A stretch of 64,000 nucleotides of DNA from Methanobacteriota archaeon (GTDB taxonomy: Archaea; Thermoplasmatota; Thermoplasmata; SG8-5; JAGLSY01): NCBI GenBank assembly GCA_020696385.1, contig JAEHCQ010000006.1:1-64000 (forward strand), in the 5' to 3' direction. Numbering within the stretch: the first letter of the stretch is position 1; each line of letters opens with the position of its first letter. Position numbers and translations under genes: made by a program. Shown here piece by piece: positions 7,656-16,468 of the stretch. The notes below the pieces were generated by a model. That model was given only the letters and a program-made list of their open reading frames with translations, was not told the DNA's origin and did not search any database.

Positions 7656-10435
7656 AGCTCAGTAAAACGATAATTCCATTTGGCATATGTGCCATGCTCA
7701 TTATCTCATCATTTGGAATGATGGCCAGCACTGGCCAGATAGATGACGACACATACATCCTGCGGGTGGCGATGCAGGATGACATCAAGACCCTGAACCC
7801 ACTGGTTGCGGGAGATGTCTGGACTTGGAATGTTATTGGATATCTGTATGAAGGACCACTCAATACAGACCCAGATACTGATGAGCTTATCCCCTACATT
7901 GCGGTTGGCTCTGCCAATCTATCCACAGATCAGAACAATATTGACTGGGATGATTGTACAATTGGTAATTTCGGATATTCTCCAAAGGAGGTCTGGAATG
8001 ATTCTGAAAAACAGGAGACCATCATCTTCTACGACTTTACCGATGTAAGGTGGCATGATGGAACTCAGATGGACATCCGGGATGTCATGTTTTCATACCA
8101 TATGCAGGCTCAATTACCCGACTGGCAGTCAGATGTCAGATGCCTGATGGACGAGGGCGGGGAGGGTGGCTCCAATTTCACAGATACTAATTATCTGCAC
8201 ATCCAGAAGGTCTATGAGAGCGAGGATGGGCTTCAGGCAGGTCTTCGATTCCAATTACAAACACCATTTGCAGCCTTTTTAAGGAACACTCTTTCATCTT
8301 CCCTCCTGCCATATCATATCTGGGGTACGACTGCCTCTGGCCAGGCACTCGACAACACTTTGATATGGCTGGATGATGGATACACTCCCAATCATGTATG
8401 GGCATGGGACTCAGCAATTGCTTTAGCCTGGGATAATCCCAACCCAGTTGGCAGTGGGCCTTTCATGTTCGAATCATGGAATGTGGGCGTTAACTCCAAG
8501 ATAGCCACATACAGAGATCATTTCTACAAATATGGCTGGAACCCGGAATATGACCCAGATGGGATTGCCAAACAGCCGACCATCGAGGCAATAGTATTCG
8601 AGATCTACAAGACTGCGGAACAAGCGGTCTTGGCTCTGAAGAACAATGATGTGGATTATATCGCATGGTCAATACCACCGACCTTCGTTCAGGAGATGAT
8701 GAACGAGCCAGACCTTGGTGTTATCCAGTCTGCTGAAAAAGGCTTCTTTTATCTGGGCTATAATATGAGGCCATCGAGGCGATCATTCGGTTATGATGAG
8801 AATGGAACTGATATTGGAAAACCACTTCGCCGAGCCATTGCTCATTGTATTGATAAGCAGACCATTGTACAAAGATTACTGCAGAACTTTGGAATTCCTG
8901 GAAATGGCCCCATCTCTGAGATAAGTGAATGGTATAATAGCTCCATTCCAAAATATGCCTTTGATCCACAGGAGGGGAAGCAGATACTGGCTGATGCTGG
9001 ATATATGCTGGAGGATGGAAGCACAGGCCAGGAGGCCTTTGAAAAAGCTGGGGTTGGTAACTGGTGGCTTAACCCAGATGGCTCACCAATTGGTAATAGC
9101 GAAGGCGGTAAGATCAGGATACTTACACCACCAGCAGATTATGATCCCATACATAGTCCGAGCAGTGCGAGCTATATGATGGCCAGGCAAATGCAGGATA
9201 TTGGGCTCTATGCGGAATCCGTTGCGATGGATTTTGGCACAATAACTGCTATGATCCAGGACAGGGAGTTCGACATATATATTCAAGGCTGGCGTATCGG
9301 CAGTGATCCAACTGATTCTCTATATGCTTTCTTCCACTCTGATAATGCAGATGCCAGCGATAACTTTCCAGGCTATTCCAATGAAAGCTTTGATGAATTA
9401 ATTGATCTGGCTCGTGAAACTGATGACGAGGATATCAGAATGAAATGCATACTGGATGCCCAGTCATCAATTGCCTATGACCTTCCTTATGATGTTCTGT
9501 ATTTTAGAACAAACATCGAAGCCTACAGGTCTGACAGGTTCACTGGATGGGAGACTGGCCCATGCGGTTCCATCTATAATTTGAGGTCTATACAGAACTT
9601 AAGACCTCCATCTGGTAAATGGTTGAATACCAAGTTCGTGAACATGGACTCGGCAGCCCAGTCTAACTCCACTATCGATGTGGAGGTTTTGGTGACCTGC
9701 CTTGAGAAGAATTCAGATGGTTCAATTTCCAGAGGGCCAGCCGAGAACGCATATGTGGAGTTGTCAACCAGTAATGGAACTCTTTCCGAATTATCTGGGT
9801 ATACAGACTCCGGTGGCATGTTGAGGATCACCTACACGGCTCCTTATGTGCCACCTACCAATGATCATGTGAGGAATGGAACTCCTGTGATTATCGAGAT
9901 AAAAAGCGCGGAATTATTTGATAATGATACTGCGGCCAGTAAGGTCACTTTACTCACTGTATATCCTGAATCTGTGAACTTTCTAAATGTGCAAATGGAG
10001 GTTGACCCGGATGTTATATTCTCACAAAGTGAGGGCGGAGAGCCATCCTATGCCACCTTGGAGGTGCTAGTCACTGATCAGAATGACAATCCCGTATCTG
10101 GAGCCGAATATTTCATTCAATTATACCCCGAGGGGCCAAATATCTCATCAGAGGTCCAGTATACGGATGATGATGGAATGGCCTATTTCACCATATCCTC
10201 GGTGGGTTCTGATGATAGTAGATCACACACCATCAGTGCAATTGTCTTCAAGAATGGGTATAAGAACGGCACCCAGTCAATAACCCTGGATATTCTGAAG
10301 CTGGAGGTGATGTCCGACCCCCTAGGGCCTTCTAGCGATCTAAGTGATTACGTTGTTCCAGCTGTGATCTTGATGGGCTGTGGAGTCTTGGCAGGTGTAG
10401 CGATCGTCTCGGTCAGAAGAAAGAAAAAACTCTAA
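7652..10435 (+). CDS. Paralogous family-5 solute-binding protein with Ig-like domains and membrane anchor
   Basis: Same architecture, with long identical stretches to the upstream gene (e.g. YKTAEQAVLALKNNDVDYIAWSIPPTFVQE); ATGA overlap. Confidence 0.9.
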   Translation: MKLSKTIIPFGICAMLIISSFGMMASTGQIDDDTYILRVAMQDDIKTLNPLVAGDVWTWNVIGYLYEGPLNTDPDTDELIPYIAVGSANLSTDQNNIDWDDCTIGNFGYSPKEVWNDSEKQETIIFYDFTDVRWHDGTQMDIRDVMFSYHMQAQLPDWQSDVRCLMDEGGEGGSNFTDTNYLHIQKVYESEDGLQAGLRFQLQTPFAAFLRNTLSSSLLPYHIWGTTASGQALDNTLIWLDDGYTPNHVWAWDSAIALAWDNPNPVGSGPFMFESWNVGVNSKIATYRDHFYKYGWNPEYDPDGIAKQPTIEAIVFEIYKTAEQAVLALKNNDVDYIAWSIPPTFVQEMMNEPDLGVIQSAEKGFFYLGYNMRPSRRSFGYDENGTDIGKPLRRAIAHCIDKQTIVQRLLQNFGIPGNGPISEISEWYNSSIPKYAFDPQEGKQILADAGYMLEDGSTGQEAFEKAGVGNWWLNPDGSPIGNSEGGKIRILTPPADYDPIHSPSSASYMMARQMQDIGLYAESVAMDFGTITAMIQDREFDIYIQGWRIGSDPTDSLYAFFHSDNADASDNFPGYSNESFDELIDLARETDDEDIRMKCILDAQSSIAYDLPYDVLYFRTNIEAYRSDRFTGWETGPCGSIYNLRSIQNLRPPSGKWLNTKFVNMDSAAQSNSTIDVEVLVTCLEKNSDGSISRGPAENAYVELSTSNGTLSELSGYTDSGGMLRITYTAPYVPPTNDHVRNGTPVIIEIKSAELFDNDTAASKVTLLTVYPESVNFLNVQMEVDPDVIFSQSEGGEPSYATLEVLVTDQNDNPVSGAEYFIQLYPEGPNISSEVQYTDDDGMAYFTISSVGSDDSRSHTISAIVFKNGYKNGTQSITLDILKLEVMSDPLGPSSDLSDYVVPAVILMGCGVLAGVAIVSVRRKKKL

Positions 10436-11280
10436 CCCAGCTCCAGTATCTCAACATCCCCACCGCCAACAAAAACAACCTTTGGTTCCACGACTTTCTC
10501 ATTTCCCTTTGACGAGAATATCGATAGTAATTTATTATCAAATGAATGTCTGAATCCTGATTCGATCTCCTGGTGGCCACGTATCATGAATTGGAGTTCA
10601 TTGCTGCGCATAAACTCCAAAAACACATCCCTGCCGAAAGTGAAAAATGTCTTTCGGCTCGGATTGCTCTCGAACCCATCATGCTCCTCGCTGGGATCAT
10701 TCCACACATTGCCCAAACGTGGATCCCTGCCACTCATTTGAGTAAGTGGCAGGTCTTCCAGTTCCTTGAGATATTTTATATTGCTGGCAACTCCGCCATG
10801 AAGCCCGATGACCTTGCGGTTCAGAACAGCCGCAAGGGGCATTTCTGAAAAGGCGATATTGTAGAGCCAGTAAACAGTTTCCGGATATTCTCCCATGACA
10901 ATATCCGAGAATCCATATTTTAGATTGATTTCTTTGAACTCGTGGTTGCCACGAAGAAGAACAAGGGAATCTGGCTCGAGTATCTTACGAGCCAGGAGGT
11001 AGTTCACCACCTGGAGCTGATGTGTTCCACGGTCAACATAATCTCCCATGAATATCGGAAGGGCATTCCTCTGTTTGGCAATGTCCAGTGCTTTCAACAT
11101 GCTGTGGAGGTCACCGTGTATGTCGCCGATAAAAAGTCCATAGCCCGATCTGTGTTCGACGACCTTCTCTTTTGACAAGATATCCGACGCTTCCTTGAGA
11201 AGCTGGATCATGTCCGCAGTGTCCGGAAGATAGCCTTCAGGATCTGAAATTATATTTTCGCATAGTTCCCTGATATTCAT
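10432..11280 (-). CDS. PPP-family Ser/Thr protein phosphatase
   Basis: GDIHG, GDYVDRG, LRGNHE, HGG, WNDP and RGHQ motifs; start at 11280 or 11292. Confidence 0.92.
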   Translation of the reverse strand: MNIRELCENIISDPEGYLPDTADMIQLLKEASDILSKEKVVEHRSGYGLFIGDIHGDLHSMLKALDIAKQRNALPIFMGDYVDRGTHQLQVVNYLLARKILEPDSLVLLRGNHEFKEINLKYGFSDIVMGEYPETVYWLYNIAFSEMPLAAVLNRKVIGLHGGVASNIKYLKELEDLPLTQMSGRDPRLGNVWNDPSEEHDGFESNPSRKTFFTFGRDVFLEFMRSNELQFMIRGHQEIESGFRHSFDNKLLSIFSSKGNEKVVEPKVVFVGGGDVEILELG

Positions 11281-11400
11281 TGGCCACACCATGGATATAT
11301 AACTTAATAATATTTTTTGAATTTTTGTTGAATGTGGTTCACGCCTAAAGAAAATAAATTACCTAACTATTATATACTTGTATGAATATATTATGGTGGG

Positions 11401-13293
11401 ATGATTCACATGAAGGGATGGAACAGTTTGATCGCTATAGCAGTGATCGCAACGCTAGTAGTTAGCTTTTTACCCGTAGCCTCTGGAGTAAGTGATTCTA
11501 TGAAGGTCATTATGACCATCGAGGACATGGATTACAAGGCAGGGGACACGATAACGATTGAGATCTTCGTGTACCAGAACGGGGTTTTGACAGACGTACC
11601 TGAAGGGGATGCTGTAGAGATACAGATGAGTACTCATTACAATCTGAACAATCCAGAAAATCTGGCAATAGTACATCCTGATGTGGGACATTATACTGCC
11701 AGCCATGTAGTGACACAGGATGACAATCATCTCTACTTCTTTTACAATGTGGAGATCGGCACGGATGACGAGGCCATAAGCCACCCTGAGAACACAGGCG
11801 AGGCTATTCATGTTGATGTATTCGAGTTCCACAACACTGTGGATGTGAACTTCGATGGCCAGGATGCCATTGTCGCTCACCCTGGTGATACTGTTACAGC
11901 AACTATCGAAGTTAGGTATGGTACCACGCTTCTGGATGTCAATGGCTTCAATTCACTGGTCGCTATCAAACCAGATGGAAATGAGACTGCTCTTACAGCT
12001 TCCCTGCCTATCAGCCAGGGTATCTACGAGGCAAGTTACACTATACCAAATGACAGTTCAAGTGGCGCATATTCAATTTACGCCGCACCGGATACTGGAG
12101 GTCATGATGAGGCAATCATACTTGTCAATGTCATGGACATCTGGTACCGGCTTATAGATATCGTTGGAAGCACCGCGACCTTTGAGGTTGGAGTGGCCGA
12201 TCTGGAAGGTCAGCCTGTTGCCGATGCCACAGTCTATGTGGACAGTGGAGCAGCATCCAATATGGGAACTACCAATGAATCCGGTCTCGTATTGCTTTCA
12301 TTGACCGATGTCTGGGGTACAGAGTACATCGAGGGATTCGCAATAAGTGATGAACTATTGCTCAATCAGTCCTTCGAGGGCTTTATAATAAACGAGGATG
12401 ACCCCACTCCATCCAATCATGGTTTTGATATCCTTTACAATGGAGAGGACACCACATATTCAGTTTCTGAAGTCGTATCCAGGCAGTACACTGCCTATTA
12501 CAATGCCGCACCACAATCCACCCGTCAGATATACTATTATATCACGGCCTCCGGAACCAATTACGGCATGTCCGATGTAGGTCCCGATCACATTGACGAG
12601 CCCTTCGAGGTCACATCCTATGGTGTGGCCACGACCGATGCGGGCGGTAAGTTCACCCTGGATTTCACAGCTCCCACTACCCAGTGCGAGTTGAACTTCT
12701 ACTTCGAATCTGGATTTACAATATCTGACCTTGATGATTGGATATCTGATAATGGTCAAGATAGTTACGATGCAGATGACAACCTTGTCTATGATTTCTG
12801 GCCAGAACATGACTGGGAAGATGGTTCCTATGCCTTTGTTACTGACGGAGACATGATAGATGATTCAAATGTAAAGGTCGCGGCCGATGATTTCACAATT
12901 GGTGAGGCCACTGGCGTAACGGTCACTATGCCTGCAGATTATGACGACTCCATTTCCGCTATGTGGATCATTGGGGAAGTGGATATCGATGCTGTCGATC
13001 CAACATCCGAGCAGGAATGGTTCAACTGGGCTCCTGGTGGGGACATGATAACCCTGACCAAAGGAGATGGCAATGAATATACTGGAACATACACAGTGCC
13101 GACCTTCATAAGCTCGGATTCTGTCTTTATCTACTCTGGATACAATGATGGAATGACAGGCTTCCCGCACTATAACTATGACGAGGCATCCGAGGCTGGT
13201 AGCGGAGAGCTGCCAGTATTATGGGTGATCATCATCGTAATCATCATCGCGGTAGTTGGTGTTGGAGTACTCTGGTATTTCAAGAACAATTAG
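11401..13293 (+). CDS. Secreted acidic cell-surface protein with Ig-like repeats and C-terminal TM anchor
   Basis: Signal peptide, beta-rich repeats (YKAGDT, GIYEASYTIP, TTDAGGK), hydrophobic C-terminal helix. Confidence 0.85.
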   Translation: MIHMKGWNSLIAIAVIATLVVSFLPVASGVSDSMKVIMTIEDMDYKAGDTITIEIFVYQNGVLTDVPEGDAVEIQMSTHYNLNNPENLAIVHPDVGHYTASHVVTQDDNHLYFFYNVEIGTDDEAISHPENTGEAIHVDVFEFHNTVDVNFDGQDAIVAHPGDTVTATIEVRYGTTLLDVNGFNSLVAIKPDGNETALTASLPISQGIYEASYTIPNDSSSGAYSIYAAPDTGGHDEAIILVNVMDIWYRLIDIVGSTATFEVGVADLEGQPVADATVYVDSGAASNMGTTNESGLVLLSLTDVWGTEYIEGFAISDELLLNQSFEGFIINEDDPTPSNHGFDILYNGEDTTYSVSEVVSRQYTAYYNAAPQSTRQIYYYITASGTNYGMSDVGPDHIDEPFEVTSYGVATTDAGGKFTLDFTAPTTQCELNFYFESGFTISDLDDWISDNGQDSYDADDNLVYDFWPEHDWEDGSYAFVTDGDMIDDSNVKVAADDFTIGEATGVTVTMPADYDDSISAMWIIGEVDIDAVDPTSEQEWFNWAPGGDMITLTKGDGNEYTGTYTVPTFISSDSVFIYSGYNDGMTGFPHYNYDEASEAGSGELPVLWVIIIVIIIAVVGVGVLWYFKNN

Positions 13294-13324
13294 ATGATGA
13301 ATGAGCCCGAAAAATGAATATAAT

Positions 13325-13365
13325 AAGCCTGGCTGAAAATGCCAGGCTTTCCTTTTCCTTCTTCA
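13325..13365 (+). terminator. Intrinsic terminator-like hairpin plus pyrimidine tract
   Basis: AAGCCTGGC-TGAAAAT-GCCAGGCTT followed by TCCTTTTCCTTCTT. Confidence 0.65.
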
Positions 13366-13567
13366 TTCTCTTTTATTGAATATCCCCAAGCTTTAATACG
13401 AAGAATTCAAACGAATTCTTTCATCAGTAAATGTTCGATACCATGTGGGTAACATTTACTACCACAATCTTTAGATTTGTGGATACAAAGCGCTACAAAA
13501 TTATGGTATTGCTTGGTATGTATTCAATAAGGGCTCATATCCTCGATAAACTTCAATAATTTAACAG

Positions 13568-13603
13568 AGGGGATACCCCATGCTTTAGCGTTGGGGAGCC
13601 CTC
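13568..13603. mobile_element. Solitary IS200/IS605-type terminal hairpin remnant
   Basis: GATACCCCATGCTTTAGCGTTGGGGAG resembles the CCCC-xGC-TTTA-GCx-GGGG subterminal hairpins of IS605/IS1341 ends; no transposase nearby. Confidence 0.5.
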
Positions 13604-13796
13604 ATTTCCCTATTTTCAAAAAATCTTTTCAATGACTTCTATCTTTAAAATATCTTTTCAATGAATTTCATTTTCTAGATCTTTGATCTAGACTTTGATA
13701 TTTTTCTTGATATCTGTGTTATTCTGTATAAAATTATAAGTAATATATAGTACATTGTGTAAGTTACATGTTAACCATGGTTAAGGTGATGGGTAG

Positions 13797-16361
13797 ATGA
13801 ATCGAATATTCGTATTGCTAATGGGCTTGATCATGATATCAGTATCTGTGCTTGTTTCTTTCAATGAGCCAGTAAGCGAGGATACTGGAAGCCAATTGCC
13901 GGATATATCAATATCTTACACCCCAAATGCGGTTATCAGGATAGATTCCAATGCAGATATCTCTTCCCAGGGCTGGCCTGGTAGTGGCCTGGCTTCTGAC
14001 CCATGGATCATCGAGGGTCTGGAAATTGACGGTACTGGCATGGGATATTGCATATACATTGGCAATACCACCGATGCCTTTGTTATGAACGATAATTACC
14101 TCCATGATGCTTCTGGCAGTCCGGATGATGTTCACTTCAATGACAGTGCGGTCATTCTGTACAATGTGAAAAATGGCCAGGTGTCAAATAATATCATCAC
14201 CAACAGTACCCATGGTATTCGTCTGTTCAATGCCAAGTTCAATACCATATTCCTGAATGAGATATCCAGCAATACGGTGGGCATCCAGTTGGAAGGGGGT
14301 TTAGGCTACAGCCTCTACCAGACATTCCACGGAGAGAACGTGGATGACTCACTGGGGCGGTTCGTGGACGGTGTGGGTGATGTGGACAAGGATGGATACG
14401 ATGATCTCATCATAGGTGCTCCTGGCTTTGCCTCGGACACTGGCAAGGCATATGTTATCTCAGGAAAAAATGGAACTGAGATCTATAATTACACAGGAGA
14501 AGCCATTGGAGATCAGTATGGTGGTAATGTCAAAGGAATAGGGGATGCGGATGATGATACCTATCCTGATTTCATGGTCATGGCGGCTTACAATTCCGAG
14601 CAGGGGCCAGAGGCCGGAAAAGCTTATGTTTATTCGGGGCAGAATGGTTCAATATTATACGAGATCCTGGGTGAAAAACGCTATGGATATTTCGGAAGTT
14701 CAGCTTCCATGGCTGGCGATGTGAATAATGATGGTCATGCGGATTTCATAATCGGAGCCGAGGCCTGGGACAGACCAGCTACAGATGACTGGGGCAAATA
14801 TTATGTTTATTCGGGCATCGATAATGCTCTGCTTTATTCCGGTATGGGAGAGGCCAGAGGCTATTACATGGGAAGCAGTGTTGGTTATGCTGGCGATGTG
14901 AATAATGATGGCTTTGATGATTTCATGGTGGGTTCCTGGGCCTATGATAATGTAGGCAATAATGAAGGCAAGGTTTACATCTTCTCCGGGCAGACTGGCC
15001 TGGAGATCAGATCACATTACGGAGAGAATAACCTGGATAACCTGGGCAGAGTATCCAATTCCATCTACTATGCAGGTGATCTGGATCTGGACGGCTTCGA
15101 TGATTATATGTTCAGTGCGACCAGGTGGGAGCCGACAGCCACGACAACTGACAATTATGGTCGTGTCTATGTTCAATCTGGACAGACTGGTACTAATCTT
15201 TATACGATAGATGGTGAGAATGCCAATGACCGGTTCGGCAGGGTGGTCGGATGCATTGGAGATGTGGACCTGGACGGGGTGGATGACTATGTGGCCAGTT
15301 CATCGTGGTATGATGGACTTTCCGGCAAGATATACCTTTACTCGGGATCCACGGGCAATGAGATATACAATTTCGTAGGAACTCCATTGGATGAAATGGG
15401 TGGAGTCAGCGATGCTGGTGATGTCAATGGAGATGGCTTGTTAGATCTCATTATTGGAGCTTTTAACAACAGTGATGCGGGTCAGGGAACTGGCGTTGCT
15501 TACGTGTACACTTCCATAACCCCTGGGTCAATGAACAATACCATCGAAGCAAATAATATAACATCTAACTTGAACTTCGGAATTTGGATAGGGACAAATT
15601 CCGTTTCCAATGAAATATTCCATAATAATCTACTTATCAATGGAGAGCACGCATTTGATGCCGCTGGCACGAACACATGGAATGACGCATACCCATCTGG
15701 CGGGAATTACTGGGATGATTATTCAGGCATCGATCTATATAGCACGCCTACCCAGGATATTCCACCTTCTGATGATATCGGCGATACCCCGAGAACCATA
15801 CTCGGATCTGGCAGCAGCCAGGATCAGTATCCTCTGATGTTCCCCTTCGCGCTTACGATGTTCACGATCCATTTGGACGAGGGCTGGAATCTAATATCAA
15901 TACCCCCTCTTCTCAGCAGTGAGAACATCGGCGATGTTCTTTCCTCCATAGACGGAAAATGGGATATCGTGCAGACCTACAACCCCACAATTACGAATCC
16001 ATGGATGTCTAATAACACTATGAGGCCAGTTCAATTGAATGACCTCGATTCCCTGAACAGCACGCAGGGAATATGGATCAACTGCACGGAAGCAAGCGGA
16101 GCTGATCTGATCATCAGGGGTCTGGAAGCCGAAAGCACGGCCATCCAGTTAAAAGCTGGCTGGAACCTTGTTGGGTATCCGTCCATGACGCCAAAGTCGA
16201 TCACCGACTCTCTGACAGGCACTGGCTTCACGGAGGTTGAAGGCTACAATGCTTCGTCCTCGTATATGCTGGGTGTATTGCCGGGAACTTACATGATGCA
16301 GCCTGGTGAAGGGTATTGGATTAAAGTTCCATCAGATACTGTTTGGATAGTTGACTGGTAA
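13797..16361 (+). CDS. Secreted protein: NosD/CASH-like beta-helix interrupted by a FG-GAP beta-propeller, with C-terminal GWNL repeat domain
   Basis: Seven GDxxxDGxxD...G.VYVYSG repeats; flanking NNIITN/GGNYWDDY beta-helix segments; two GWNL(I/V)..P units at the C-terminus. Confidence 0.88.
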   Translation: MNRIFVLLMGLIMISVSVLVSFNEPVSEDTGSQLPDISISYTPNAVIRIDSNADISSQGWPGSGLASDPWIIEGLEIDGTGMGYCIYIGNTTDAFVMNDNYLHDASGSPDDVHFNDSAVILYNVKNGQVSNNIITNSTHGIRLFNAKFNTIFLNEISSNTVGIQLEGGLGYSLYQTFHGENVDDSLGRFVDGVGDVDKDGYDDLIIGAPGFASDTGKAYVISGKNGTEIYNYTGEAIGDQYGGNVKGIGDADDDTYPDFMVMAAYNSEQGPEAGKAYVYSGQNGSILYEILGEKRYGYFGSSASMAGDVNNDGHADFIIGAEAWDRPATDDWGKYYVYSGIDNALLYSGMGEARGYYMGSSVGYAGDVNNDGFDDFMVGSWAYDNVGNNEGKVYIFSGQTGLEIRSHYGENNLDNLGRVSNSIYYAGDLDLDGFDDYMFSATRWEPTATTTDNYGRVYVQSGQTGTNLYTIDGENANDRFGRVVGCIGDVDLDGVDDYVASSSWYDGLSGKIYLYSGSTGNEIYNFVGTPLDEMGGVSDAGDVNGDGLLDLIIGAFNNSDAGQGTGVAYVYTSITPGSMNNTIEANNITSNLNFGIWIGTNSVSNEIFHNNLLINGEHAFDAAGTNTWNDAYPSGGNYWDDYSGIDLYSTPTQDIPPSDDIGDTPRTILGSGSSQDQYPLMFPFALTMFTIHLDEGWNLISIPPLLSSENIGDVLSSIDGKWDIVQTYNPTITNPWMSNNTMRPVQLNDLDSLNSTQGIWINCTEASGADLIIRGLEAESTAIQLKAGWNLVGYPSMTPKSITDSLTGTGFTEVEGYNASSSYMLGVLPGTYMMQPGEGYWIKVPSDTVWIVDW

Positions 16362-16451
16362 CTGTTTGGATAGTTGACTGGTAACTGATTGGTAACTGAT
16401 TGGTAACTGATTGGTAACTGATTGGTAACTGCATCGGTAATTGACTGGTAA
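16338..16451. repeat. Tandem repeats derived from the gene 3' end (2x23 bp, then ~6x11 bp)
   Basis: ACTGTTTGGATAGTTGACTGGTA x2 (16338-16383), ACTGATTGGTA x4 exact, then two degenerate units. Confidence 0.95.
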
Positions 16452-16468
16452 GGTATTTTTAGGATCCC

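Noticed and set aside
9147-9182. GAGCAGTGCGA loop inside the second solute-binding gene as an in-frame copy of the element
   Set aside because: The GA-GC-triloop-GC-GA motif matches and lies at a paralog-variable site, but the flanking arms pair poorly; cannot be distinguished from chance by eye.
16338-16451. Possible CRISPR array
   Set aside because: Head-to-tail 11/23-bp units without spacers; no cas genes.
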